Numbered from the stretch's first letter, positions 26,693 to 39,583 are shown. The stretch: 64,000 nucleotides of DNA from Octopus vulgaris (GCA_951406725.2 OX597818.1:83080001-83144000); one strand, 5' to 3'. The notes: generated from the letters alone by a model not told the origin. Made by a program: numbers and translations.

Positions 26693-26751
26693 ATTCAAGA
26701 TCCAGGATTTCTGGTTTTGCTTTAAATAAGCTTTACCGTCATCGGTTGAAT
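26693..26751 (-). ncRNA. Variant type I hammerhead-like motif (CCGAUGA core)
   Basis: Minus strand: attcaa-CCGATGA-cggt...acca-GAAA-TCC-T-GGA-TC-ttgaat; 6 bp stem I, stem III ATCC/GGAT, AUC triplet. Confidence 0.5.
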
Positions 26752-26951
26752 ATATCAAGAGTACATAAATACAGATATATATATGCAGAACAAACGATAT
26801 ACTTACATATACGAACGTCCATACATAAATACATATGCACGTATGCACGCGGCCAGTTAAATTACCCGCCGAATCATCCCATAAGTACGATACGGTTAAA
26901 ATAAACACCGCAGTGAATATAATAACGAATAATATAAATTTATATATGAGG

Positions 26952-26954
<3 letters not shown>

Positions 26955-27006
<52 letters not shown>

Positions 27007-27226
27007 TGTGTATGTGTGTCTGTGTTTGTCCCCCCAAACATCGCTTGACAACCGATGCTGGTGAGTTTACGTCCCTGTAACTTAGCGATTCGGCAAAAGA
27101 CACCGATAAAATAAGTACTAGGCTTACAAAGAAAAAGACTTGGGGTCGATTTCCTCGACTGAAGGTGGTGGTCCAGCATGGCTGCAGTCAAATGACTGAA
27201 ACAAGTAAAAGAGTAAAAAAAGAGTA
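26955..27226 (+). mobile_element. SINE family B, 3' half
   Basis: tgtttgtccccccaaacatcgcttgacaaccgatg...gactgaaacaagtaaaagag. Confidence 0.85.
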
Positions 27227-27275
<49 letters not shown>

Positions 27276-27974
27276 TATGGTAATTGTGACAGCGGTTGCT
27301 GTGGTGGTGGTGGTGGTGGTGGTTGTGATGGTGGTGGTTGTGGTGGCGACAGCATTCATAGCAGTCTTTATGGTGCTGGTTTTGGTGGTTATTCGACCGC
27401 CATGAGTGTTCCTTGAAAATGTATTCTCTCGCGTGGTGGGGAGATCCGAAAACCTTCAGCTATTTTAAATAATTAATGAACCACAGTTTAGATTCTAGAT
27501 TATTGCTATTTTTGTACTACATTGCTTTGACATTTCGTTGTTGTTATGGTTATTATTGCTGCCGTTGTTATTGTTGTTATCGTTGTTGTTGTTGCTGTTG
27601 TTGTTGTTTTTGTTGTTGTTCCTACTGATGCTGTTGTTATTATTCTGGTTTGTTCTTATTACTTAGCCCCAGTGAAATATGTCCGAGTTTAATTAGCACA
27701 ACAGCGGGAACCTAATTGATCAATTGTTCCACTATCATTTGTTCCCCGTGTTTCTCTGTTTCTCTGTCATGCAAGTCTTGCTATCTATCATGCAAGCCAT
27801 CACCTCAACCTGTGAATCATTGCAACATAACCACACTTGCATACATCTATAACACGAGGCTTGCACTTGAGGGTTAGGCAATATTTCATACTTAGTCTGC
27901 CATTGTTGACCATCTACGCAGCTACAAATGTTACACGCATTAAATAATTCCTTACATAGTTATAGTAAGGTGTG

Positions 27975-28215
27975 AAAGAACGTGGTCCTGTTGTTAAGGT
28001 ATTCGCACTCAGGTTCGTAAGGTTGTTGTTTCGATTCCCGAGTCAGGCTACGAGTTGTGTCCCTGTTTAAAATGTTTCATTTCATATTGGTCCTGATAGA
28101 CGGTAAATGTGTAACCCTGCGATGCACAGACGTCCCTATCAGGAGATTTGCTGCGATTTCTGTTTACTTATACATCATGGAAAACAGATGACTCTCCCTG
28201 TGAATCCTCGAACTC
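27975..28215 (+). mobile_element. SINE family C (tRNA-like head), degraded
   Basis: Related to 46105-46394, 56500-56735 and 31290-31420 (gttaagg...ttcgattccc...gttgtgtcc). Confidence 0.5.
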
Positions 28216-28249
28216 GAGACATACTTTATTTGTAGCTATAGTAAGGAAC

Positions 28250-28297
<48 letters not shown>

Positions 28298-28654
28298 TTC
28301 TCTCTAAAACAGACACACTCAAAAACACTCACACACACACACATTTCTGATCTTTTCCATGAAAAGAATCAACTATGAATACTGAATTGGCAGCGATTAA
28401 TTTACTGCAACACTCTGCTTTCTATATGGTTGCTATAACGAGGTTTGCCATTCTTTTCTAACTAGTTACAATTTCTTCTTCAACCAATTTGTAACAGCTC
28501 TCTCTCTTTCTCTCTTCCTCGCCTACTTTCTATTGTTTTACTCCCATCAAAACTTGCTTTAAGCAATTACTTTTACATACTTTTAATCCCTAGTACTTTT
28601 AATCCTTCATATATCCCATTTTCTTGCTCCTGATTAACCCGAGTCCTCCACACA

Positions 28655-29320
28655 GAATTGTCCTTGTTCGACCCCTCTGTGTTTAGCTCCTTGTGGGTAG
28701 AAAAGAAATAGGTATTTCGTCTGCCGATACGTTCTGAGTTCAAATTCGGCCGAGGTCGACTGTGCCTTTCATCCTTTTGGGGTCGATAAATTAAGTACCA
28801 GTTACGCACTGGGGTCTATGTAATCGACCTTATCCCTTTATCTGTCCTTGTTTGTCCCCTCTATGTTTAGCCCCTTGTGGGCAGTAAAAGAAATAACGAA
28901 CCATTAGCACTTTGGACGAAATGCTTAATGGTATTTCGTCTTGTCTTTATGTTCCGAGATCAAATTCCGCCGAGGTCAACTTTACCTTTCACCATTTTGG
29001 GGTCGATAAATTAAATACCAGTTGCGCACTGGGGTCGATCTAATTGACTAGCCCCCTCCCCGAATATTCCGGTCCTTGTGCCTAGGGTAGAAAAGAATAT
29101 TTTAAGACGGAAAGCTGGCAGAAAGTTTAGGACACTGGGCGAAATACTTAGCGGAATTTCGTCTGTCTTTACATTCTGAGTTCAAATTCCGCCGAGGTCA
29201 ACTTTGCCCTTTCATCATTTCGGGGTCGATAAATTGAGTACCAGTTGCGTACTGGGGTCGATCTAATCGACTAGACCCCTCCCCCAAATTTCTGGCCTTG
29301 TGCCCAGAGTAGAAAAGAAT
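28655..29320 (+). mobile_element. Tandem multimer of SINE family A (3-4 units)
   Basis: Repeated ttcaaattccgccgaggtc...ggggtcgataaattaagtaccagtt...ctggggtcgat units. Confidence 0.9.
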
Positions 29321-30305
29321 ATACTCACGTTCGTCTCAGCAATTCTGCAAACGCCATAAACCATTTTCCTCCTTCTACTAAATTGTCGTTAAACAATATA
29401 AGTATATCAGCAGTGCACTCATCAAAATCGTGCTTTTGGTCATGTTCATTAAGCTAACTTGATCTCAAACTCAGTCATCATGGATCGTTTCGAATTATTT
29501 TTTGTTTTTGATTGAAATGATTGTAACAAATGAGAATATAAAGCAATCTTGGATACAACAAATACTTCTTTAGTTTTGCCTTTCGATCTTATGCATAATA
29601 CATAGTCTCTTCTTAAGGACCTTCTATTGAGGAAGTTTTGTGAGAACGCATATTTCTCTCACATTTTGCTGATTTTAGTATCCTTGATTTAAATTTTCCG
29701 TTATGCTTGTTGTCCATCGCCAGATCGAGATCGATATAAAGGTTTTAAATCGACGTATTCTGGTTTCAGATTTCCTTTAGAAACCATTTTAATTCCCTTC
29801 CAATATTACTGTTCGTGAAAAATATTGGATGTTAGATTTACGTTTTCTTAAAAAGATAAATAATGTAACGCAGACGAATAAATCAGATGTTAGTCCTATC
29901 CAGCGCTATTCTATAATTTTACTTGATTAGCACATAACAGATTAGATGTTAAATTCTCTAATATTAAACTGATCATTTGGAAGGGCAGGATTTTATTAGT
30001 CAAATCAGCACAACAAGGTATAATGAATTTAATTTGATCATTCAATCGAATGTATTATGAATAAAATTTGATCAATTGAGTGAGACATCAAGTACAAACA
30101 ACTTTTTTTTCATAATCGACTATAGAATACAGCCTTTATACAATTACATGGTTTATTTGATAGAGTAAGCACATGAGAGTATAATCTGAAAAAAGGCAAA
30201 TGACATTATTATCTTAAAAAGTGAGACAGCTAGGGATGGCTTAGTCATCGATACACTGAAATTATTTCATTATAGCTGTGCGGGTAAGATTTGAACTGTG
30301 TTTGA

Positions 30306-30720
30306 AAGGCGGCGAGCTGGCAGAAACGTTAGTACGCCGGGCGAAATGCTTAGCCGTATTTCGTCCGTCTTTACGCTTTGAGTCCAAATTCCGTCGAGGT
30401 CGACTTTGCCTTTCATCCTTTCGGGGTCGATTAAATAAGTACCAGTTACGCACTGGAGTCGATATAATCGACTTAATCCGTTTGTCTGTCCTTGTTTGTC
30501 CTCTCTTTGTTTAGCCCCTTGTGGATAGTAAAGAAATAGGCATTTCGTTTGCCGCTACGTTCTGAGTTCAAATCCACCTTGGTCGACTTTGCCTTTCATC
30601 CTTTCGGGCTCGATAAATTAAGTACCAGTTACGCACTGGGGTCGATGTAATCGACTTAATCCGTTTGTCTGCCCTTGTTTGTCCCCTCTGTGTGTAGCCC
30701 CTTGTGGGTAGTAATGAAAT
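30306..30720 (+). mobile_element. SINE family A dimer
   Basis: Full head aaggcggcgagctggcagaaacgttag; second, headless unit starts after aaagaaatag at about 30540. Confidence 0.9.
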
Positions 30721-30959
30721 ATGATTTGAACTGTGTTAACAGATACAGCAGCAGGTACAACAACAACAACAGCAACAAAACTTATCATCACGACAGCGTC
30801 ATATATGCCAATAGTGAAGCAACCTAACGGTATATAAGTTGACATTCTGCATAGGTACCCGACTTATTCATATGAAGCTGACCAATACACGCTGACCTTT
30901 CTGACGCGAAGTACCTGCATTTTACTTTTCGTACAGAAACTACAATAACATTTGCCATG

Positions 30960-31175
30960 TAGAGTTGGTTAAAGTTTCCCTAACTCCACTTAAGCCCTTT
31001 CGACTCATTTGTCATCCCTCATTTTGTCTCACCCCAACATAATCTGTTCATCTCCTGGTTCTATGTTAAGCATTTTGCTCAGTCCTTCTCTTCATAATGT
31101 TCTTCCTCTGGAATACTCTTTCTGACCTTGTTTTCTTTCAGCCGTCACAATGATACAACTCAAAACGGGCATCGG
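30960..31175 (+). mobile_element. Possible degraded CR1/L2-type LINE 3' end
   Basis: cagtccttc...ctctggaatactctttctgaccttgtttt resembles the SFF...LWNSLP terminal motif. Confidence 0.35.
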
Positions 31176-32309
31176 TTTCAGAAAATATGAGAGGTCAATG
31201 CACAAAGCAATTTCCTCCACAATGAAACAAGTTTAAAAAAAAATAGAAAAGATAGCTGTTTCGAGCTAAGTGGAAAATAGGCCATCATTTCCTCTGAACG
31301 GAATGCCAAGTTGAGTAGACTGAAGTGTTTTGCTCAAAAACACAACACTCCTTCCGTCAAGGAAACGAAACCACGATTTTACGATGTTGAATACAACGCT
31401 CTAAGCAGTTGGTCACGCGCATATTACACTGCATAAATAACTTAATTCAAACACTCCCTCCTTCTACACTTTGTTCAATTCGTGATGAACATATTTTCAT
31501 GACTTCATATAACCTTAAGTAGATCATTGAATCAAGGACACTACTTTCATAACACAAACAATATATCAAGAGCATATATCAAGTGTTAACAATATAGTAT
31601 GATAATTCCTATATGCTCCTTGTTTATTATTGTAGTACTGTAATTAGTACATAGTCTTTCTGTGGCAATATAAGTTCTATATAGTTCTTACATGGCAATG
31701 TTATTGCAATACTACGTAATGTAATTACTCCCACTGGGATATAAGTGTTTGGACTAAAATTGAAATCGTTAATTTTCAGGACGATTGTGAGTATGCTGCC
31801 GTCTATCAGGTAATACAATCTAGTATTGAAAAATACTTTGGTTTGTTGCTTAACATGCATGAAATATCAGCCAAACCTAGTTTCAGTACTCTTATCTTTA
31901 AGGAAAAATAGGTGGGGGGAATAAGCTGTAACATGTAGTCCTACTCAAACACACTACGATGGACTGGGACCGTTTGCTAATAGGATTCAACAATCAGAAC
32001 ATAATTGGGGGGTATAGGAACAACGTCTGCACGAACACCATCACCACCACTATCAAAAACAACAACATCGAATATGAAGGCATATTTAACTGCAAACCAG
32101 CAAGGGAACAATTTCTCTTTCTCCCTCAAGTCATATCTCTTTCATCTTTCAAAGGGACACAGGGGATAAATGTAGTTCGGAGTTCTAGTAAAACACATGA
32201 TGGTCGCAACAGGAAGCATTGAGACTCATAAAGCTAGTCCTCTGTTTTCCATTGCGTATAAGTGTCCGAGATAATAGCATTCTCTTTGAACCAGACGCTG
32301 GTGCGTTGA

Positions 32310-32520
32310 AGAATACAAGGCCAGGAATTTTGAGTTGAGAGGACAAGTGCGTGCATTACACCGACCTCCAGTATTTCACTGGTACTTTGTTTTATGCCAC
32401 TTGAAGGAATCAAAGGCGAAGGTGATCTTAGCAGGATTTGAACTAAGAACGTAAACAGCCAAAGGAAATACCACTAAGCTTATTCTCCGAAGTTCTAACG
32501 ATTCTGTCAGCTCACCGCCT
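32310..32520 (-). mobile_element. SINE family A, degraded
   Basis: ctggtact...ggatttgaactaagaacgtaa...tctgtcagctcaccgcct. Confidence 0.65.
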
Positions 32521-33355
32521 CGTCTTTGATCATACGTCTGCTTAATCTGGGTTGACCTGAATCCAAACAGCAACAAAAACAAACGAAACAACAACAGCAA
32601 CGATAATAACTACAGTTCCAGTTTGTCTTATTCGCAAGAAGTCAATCGGTAGAAAGTACTCGTATGACTTTAAAATTAAAGATCATAAATGAAGATAAAC
32701 ACAGGACAAATCGTGTCTCAGAATCTTCCTGACTTTCACATAATATTTCTCTTCGTTTTATATCGGATTAATTCTTATCCTTTTTCCCTACTTTTTATAT
32801 TTATTATAATATCTGCTTCATTGGATTTTCATTTCTTATATCTTATAGATGATTAGGATTGGTGATTGGTTTGTGATCAGAGATAGTGATAAATATTGGT
32901 TCGGTCAGAGGTTGTTAGTTTCATTTGATAGAGTAGACGTATAGGAGCAAGTATAGAACACAGTAATACTGGTGCTAGTGGTGTAGTATATGTAGATGTC
33001 TAAAGGGAATAAGAGTGAAAGTGAAAGTGATAATGAAAACGGAGTATTGGTGGTGGTGGTGGTGGTGGTTATGGATCTTTTGGTTGAATCTTTGATAGAT
33101 TTATGGATGATGTTGGGGAAAGTTCGTAGATTTAAAACATAAACTTATGAGCGAAGGGTTTATATACATTCATATCTATCTTCCTATCTCTCTCTCTCTC
33201 TCTATCTATCTATTTATCTCTATTTCTCTGTATATATGCGTGTGTGTGTGTACAAAACATGCATACATGTATACACACACATATATGCATGTATACATAT
33301 AAGGATACACATTATACACATACACATGCAGACACGAGTGTGTATATACATATAC

Positions 33356-33492
<137 letters not shown>

Positions 33493-33837
33493 ACAAGTGT
33501 GTGCATGCGTGAATAGGTGGATGTGCATATGTGCATGTGTGTGTATGAATGAAGATGCATTTATAAGCGTATAACAGATAGGCACCGAACAAAAGTTCGG
33601 ACTGGTTGGTTTCTTCAATTCCAAATTCTTACTCAAGGTAAACTGCTCCAGCAGAATTAGGGTTCTCTAAAAGAAACAAATATCTCTCTAAATATCCTAG
33701 ATATTTCCCTAGGTGGAACTTTGATCCTATCCCGCCCTAAAACCTAAAAATAAATAGTTCGAAGAGAATAAATCATCCTCTCATATTTTAGAACATTTAA
33801 TATGTATTATGCACACGCAACACGCTCACACGTAAGT

Positions 33838-34113
<276 letters not shown>

Positions 34114-34451
34114 AATAACTCTCTCATTGGACATGACAGTATGTTAAGAAGTATACTTGTGAACCATATCGTTGAGGGTTCAGTGCAATTGCTTGGCCCC
34201 AATATAGCTTCGGAGTGGACTAAAGTTTTAGTAGTTTTGATAGATAGAGACTTGAAACCAGCCCGTTGTATATATACACATATAATAAGCTATATGATTC
34301 AATGAGTGTTAAGTTCACTCGGTCTCCCTGTCTCCCCCTCTCATACGCACGTGTCCGTGAGTGTGTTTGTGCGTAAATATATATGTGTGTTCGTGTGTGT
34401 GTGTGTGTGTGTGTATACACATAAGCATATATATATGTATATATGTATGTT

Positions 34452-34820
34452 GCAGGAGTGGCTGTGTGGTAAATACCTTGCTTACCAACCACGTGGTTCC
34501 AGGTTCAGTACTACTGCATGGCACCTTGGGCAAGTGTCTTTTAATATAACCTCGGGTCGAGCAAATCCTTGTGAGTGGATTTGGTAGACAGAAACTGAAA
34601 GAAGCCAGTCGTATATATGTGTGTGTGTGTGTTTGTCCACCCCAAATCACTTGATAACCGATGTTGGAGTGTCGACGTTCCCGTAACTTAGCCGTTCGGC
34701 AAAAAGAACTCGATGGAATAAGTACTGGGCTTACAAAATATAAGTCCTGGTGTCGATTTGCTCGACTAAAAAGTAGTGCTGCAGTGTAGCTGCAGTCAAA
34801 TGTCTGAAACAAATAAAAGT
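34452..34820 (+). mobile_element. SINE family B
   Basis: gcaggagtggctgtgtggtaa...gcagtcaaatgtctgaaacaaataaaag. Confidence 0.85.
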
Positions 34821-34840
34821 TTAAAATATATATATATATA

Positions 34841-35056
34841 CATATTCTGTTGTATCTGGGGTGAGTCATTTTCTTTTTGTGCCTTATAATTTAACACACT
34901 TACCAATAAAATTTCCACTTATTTCTTATTAAAAAAATAGTTTAAAAATGAAAATAAGGAATGAAATTAAGAAGTAAGCAGAAATTTTACTGGTGTGTGT
35001 GTTAAATTATAAGGCACAAAAAGAAAATTACTCTCCCCAGCCGCAATAGAATATGC
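34841..35056. repeat. Fold-back element / MITE, arms about 90 bp
   Basis: catattctgttgtatctggggtgagtcattttctttttgtgccttataatttaacacac versus gtgtgttaaattataaggcacaaaaagaaaattactctccccagccgcaatagaatatg. Confidence 0.85.
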
Positions 35057-35119
35057 TTCAACATACGAACTCATATAAAGAATCTTGCAAACCAAATCCC
35101 AAAACGAAATAAATACATA

Positions 35120-35169
<50 letters not shown>

Positions 35170-35694
35170 CATACATATTTACACATACATACACACACAC
35201 AAGCACACGCATATATGTATGCATTATGTATGTACATATGTAGGTATTTATGCATATTTGTATACATACAAATTTCTACATCCCTATACAAAGCATTTAC
35301 ACTCACCAAAAGATACACCTGAAATTTCTAGCATATTCTTTCAATATCTTCTTGTGTTTGCATTCACCACTGAATAAGTAAGATATTTTCCGATGTCGTA
35401 TTTTTATAAGGGTTTCGTCTTCTCTCTTCAAGAATCAAGTAAATATTTGGTTCAATAGACATCCGTTAGCATTTTACAGGATTCAGAGTGTGTTAGCGCA
35501 TAGGTGACAAGATGATTCTGAGTATATAGCCTGTATCCTATTTAGTTGTATGTGTTCCCCTTACCTTTCATACTATACGTTCATGACCGTACCCAGGTGA
35601 GCATAAAAGGATGTCTCTTCCCGTTTTTTCAATACTTTCGCATTTAGTTGTCAGAGCTTCTATTTTGGAATGATTCTCGGTATTCTTACGTTTG

Positions 35695-35734
<40 letters not shown>

Positions 35735-35889
35735 TAATTTATATATATTTATAAATACAGTTATACCGATATATACATACACACACACACATATATATGT
35801 ACATATGTATGTGTATATGTACATATACACATATATGTTTTCATATCTATCTATTTATCTATCTGTCTATGTATATTTATATATCATTA

Positions 35890-35926
<37 letters not shown>

Positions 35927-35934
35927 TAAATATT

Positions 35935-35965
<31 letters not shown>

Positions 35966-36250
35966 GATACTTTCATATATTAGATTCTAATAGCGCGTGT
36001 GGATTGTGTATATGTGCCAATGAATAATGACTAGCGTGCTAGCCTTACATTTGCAAAACTTGGTAAAAGAAATTATAATACAGTGTACAACATACAGAAA
36101 GTTTCGATCTGTTGTGGAGATAAATGTCAACAAAAGTTTGTAGCAAAAATAAGATTTCGATATTCTCATTTATGGAATGTTTTTCCCTGTTTCGCAGTGA
36201 ACCAAGAGCATTGTGTATACGCCTTTTGCACACAGACACACACACACGCA

Positions 36251-36299
<49 letters not shown>

Positions 36300-36354
36300 A
36301 AAAACACACACACACACGCACACACACACACACATATATATATACATAATTAAT

Positions 36355-36700
36355 GGGTAATTTCGATATTTGTGAGTAAAATTGGCCACTGTATTTGCCA
36401 CCTCTTCCCAGTTCTTATCCACCTGGAGGCCAGGACCTCAGCAGTTTAAATGATCCGTCTATTCAGCGTCCTACGACGCTGTCCGCCGGTATTGGTCTAC
36501 CGCTCTAGGTTCCCATTCGCAAACCCACTGACTTGTTGGCGTTGATTTTAGCGTCCGGTGTCGTCCATCACCATGATCGTGACGTTGTCTGCGTACGCCG
36601 ACACTTCCCCTCCCGCGTCCTTGTTCCAGCTTCCGTAGCAGTGACTTGAGGGCAATCGAAAGATTGTTTGCGTCTATAAACAAGGGAGGAAGAGGTCTCA
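36355..36700 (-). pseudogene. Degraded Tx1/L1-clade reverse transcriptase fragment
   Basis: Frame-shifted minus translation PLPPLF...IALKSLLRKLE / VSAYADNVTIMV / AKINANKSVGLRMGT* / VDKNWEEV; GC-rich like the Tx1 at 38459. Confidence 0.75.
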
Positions 36701-36849
36701 TGTAATGTAAGAGCTATGACATCAATGAGGTAAACAGTCATACGTAAAACAGCAGAATGAACCTTTGGTTGTTGCTGTTGGAAATAGCAACAGAACCCCA
36801 AGTGAAGATATGACATACCTGAAAGCAATTCCAAAACAAAATGGAAAGC

Positions 36850-37503
36850 AAGATTGTAAAACTGGAACCTGAAAGTGATGCATGGGCTATACCTTAGAGA
36901 AATGGAAGAGAAAAAGATGATCTAATCTTGCACGTGGCTTAGAAAAAGTGATCTGAAAGGATGCTCTGAGGCAATGATACGTAGCGCTTAGGAACAGACT
37001 TTGAGCACTAATTACACCAAGTTCCAAATAGGTAAGAGTAATGAATCACAAATGAAACAGTCTAATATATTTTGGTTGTAGAAATGTAGCTCAAAAGGAA
37101 TAGAAAAGCAGGCATGAAAACGTAGCTCAGTATATTCATTAGAGATTGTGTGAGGAGTACGGTCTTGAAAATCCATTGAAATGGTACGGGCATAAATTAG
37201 AATGAGTCACCAAAAATAAGGAATATACGATCTTGTGATATTTCACAATCCAGTGTAATTCAGTCTTTGATGCTCCGAAATCAGACATTGTCGTAGCTGA
37301 TAAAATGATGAAGGAAACCAAGATCATGGATATGCCATACTTTGGGAAGTACAAGTGGATAACAAGGAAATGTAAAAGATTGATAAGTACAAAGCACAAA
37401 AATATGTGATTGCACGAATGTGGGTAATGAAGGAAGTAATTGTCATCTCAGTTGATGTAGGGGCACTGGGAGCACTTACAACCAGGTGTAAGAAATTTGC
37501 ATA
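36850..37503 (+). pseudogene. Degraded R4/Dong-clade RLE-domain ORF fragment
   Basis: NWNLKVMHGLYL / WLRKSDLKGCSEAMIRSA*EQTLSTN / RHENVAQYIH*RLC / SDIVVADK / VIVISVDVGALGALT; multiple stops. Confidence 0.8.
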
Positions 37504-37537
37504 AAGCCCGTAATTTTTCCGGCGCCAACGAGTCTTA

Positions 37538-37900
37538 GATGCAGTACAATATAGTGGCTCTCATGGCTTCTGATGTTAACTGATTGGAAGTATTATCATA
37601 CACATAATTTGTCTTATTGTTAAAGATGGGCTACAGCAAATATTCTGCTCAATACCACAGGTTTGCTTGTCAGTTGATTGATCTTAACCCGCAGAGCACG
37701 CATCTTAGTGGCTAACGATACGTAAATCTCAGATCATGTGCTGGAGTAGTGGGGAAGCATCATAGCCATGGGTTAAGTGAATTTCTTTGTGGTTTAAATA
37801 ATTCATATCTGGAAAAGTGTTTCGTTCATCATCTTTAAACAACACTTATTTGGGGACTTTCTGAGCGGATGGGTTATTCGACCTGAGGAAAATTCCAACT
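37538..37900 (+). mobile_element. Partial third copy of the (TAA)n-associated 540 bp element
   Basis: agtggctctcatggcttctgatgttaactgattggaag...aagatgggctacagcaaatattctgctcaataccacag. Confidence 0.8.
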
Positions 37901-38087
37901 TGAGAGAGAGGGTCTCAAATATAATATATTCCTTGTATGCAGGATTGTATTTAAAGGAATGTACCAATATTTATTAAACTGTATGCATAATGGTAACGCT
38001 CTCTAAGAGCGAGCCTCTATATACTCTTGCACGTCTGCAATATTTTGAACTAAATGAAGAATCAACAATACATAGAATAAGCGCATC

Positions 38088-38322
38088 AATGTATGTATGT
38101 ATGTATGTATGTATGTATGTATGTATGTATGTATGTATGTATGTATGTATGTATGTATGCACGTATTGTTTGTATGTATGCATGTACCTATCTATCTATC
38201 TATCTATCTATCTATATATATATATATTTAGCTATATATCTATCTGTCTGTCTGTCTGTCTCTATCTCTCTATCTGTCTATCTGTCTATCTATCAATCTA
38301 TCTATCTATCTATCTATCTATA

Positions 38323-38391
<69 letters not shown>

Positions 38392-38401
38392 ATCTATCTT
38401 C

Positions 38402-38458
<57 letters not shown>
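38088..38458. repeat. (TATG)n then (TATC)n microsatellite, left flank of Tx1
   Basis: Direct observation. Confidence 0.95.
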
Positions 38459-39196
38459 AAAAAGAGGCCGAGGAAGGGCGAATGGCACCGCGAGTGTCGC
38501 GTTGCTCTCAAGCAACTCTGCCGTCCTGGGTCGACCTTAAGTGACTTCAACACAACCAAAGCATTCTATAGGGGTTTAGTGGAGGGGAGGTACGACGACG
38601 AGCTCGGGGCGAACCTGGACGTCGACGAGGAGTACCTGACCCGCCTGTTCAGGACGACTTTCGGGCCAGGGCCCATGGACAACTTCCAGAGATCCCTGGC
38701 CTGGCAGTGCTACCGAGAAGCGCTACCCGTTCGGGATAAGCTCTACAGACACGGCTCGAGAAACACGGGGCCGACCTGCCCGAGATGCGGTCAGAGCGAC
38801 GAAACCGTTCTGCACGCACTCGTGCAGTGTCCAACAATTTCCGACCTGTGGGCTTGTGTCGAACAACTGCTGTCACGTGTGGGACGAGTCGGTTTATCAG
38901 CTGAGTCTATCGTCAATATTGTCACGCCTCCTTCCTTCAAACGGGAAGGAAGAGCTATTTTCATCATCCTTGTGGCTATGGCGAAAGAATGTATCTGGTG
39001 GACGCGTCTGAAAGGATTGGAGACAAACACTTTCCTCTCTGGTCAATCTCTCATCAACTTCTTCAAGTACCACTTGAAAAGGAAAGTGAGAGTAGAGAGG
39101 CAAGTTTTGTCTAGCGAATGTTTTAAAAAAAGATGGGTCAATGTAGCAAGAATGGCACGTATGAATGACGAAGCCACCTTGAGCATAGTCCTATGA
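38459..39196 (+). CDS. Tx1/L1-type ORF2 C-terminal fragment (245 aa, zf-RVT CCHC zinc knuckle), no native start
   Basis: LAWQCYREALPVRDKL...CPRCGQSDETVLHALVQCP...AKECIWWTR; no stops; the upstream part of the tracked ORF is microsatellite. Confidence 0.8.
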   Translation, partial: KKRPRKGEWHRECRVALKQLCRPGSTLSDFNTTKAFYRGLVEGRYDDELGANLDVDEEYLTRLFRTTFGPGPMDNFQRSLAWQCYREALPVRDKLYRHGSRNTGPTCPRCGQSDETVLHALVQCPTISDLWACVEQLLSRVGRVGLSAESIVNIVTPPSFKREGRAIFIILVAMAKECIWWTRLKGLETNTFLSGQSLINFFKYHLKRKVRVERQVLSSECFKKRWVNVARMARMNDEATLSIVL

Positions 39197-39583
39197 ACCC
39201 AGAAATCGAAAACAGAGAGTTGCTTATTTGCAAAAAAAAAAAAAAAAAAAAAAAAAGAAATATAAAATGTGACTTCATTGACCGAGGTTACCGTGGTCTT
39301 TTCCGTAGGCTTTTCTTTCCACGGGTAAACCTCACCTGTCCTCCCCTTTACACTTCATATTGACATTTCTGTGATAACGATCCCTATTGATCAATTTTTT
39401 TTCCTCCCCCCCTTTTTTTAACCCCCCTTTTTTTGTCCTCTTTCTCTCCTTTTACGATCCCTTTTGATCGAAACTCCCCCTTCCTTTTTTTTTTTTTTTT
39501 TTTTTTCTAACCCTTCAAAAGAAAAGCTCTACCTTGTAATTTGTTCTATCTGTGTGCAGCCCGGTGTGGCTAATAAAGAAACA
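38459..39583 (+). mobile_element. 5'-truncated Tx1-clade non-LTR retrotransposon inserted in (TATC)n
   Basis: Uninterrupted ORF2 C-terminus, A-rich and T/C-rich 3'UTR, AATAAA at 39572-39577, then (TATC)n 39584-39651. Confidence 0.85.

Noticed and set aside
28655-29320. CRISPR-like or satellite array
   Set aside because: Units are 180-200 bp SINE bodies dispersed throughout the window with no unique spacers; eukaryotic context
38093-38458. N-terminal MYVC/YLSI part of the 367 aa ORF as a real fusion protein
   Set aside because: Stop-free reading of (TATG)n/(TATC)n that happens to be in frame with the truncated Tx1 ORF2
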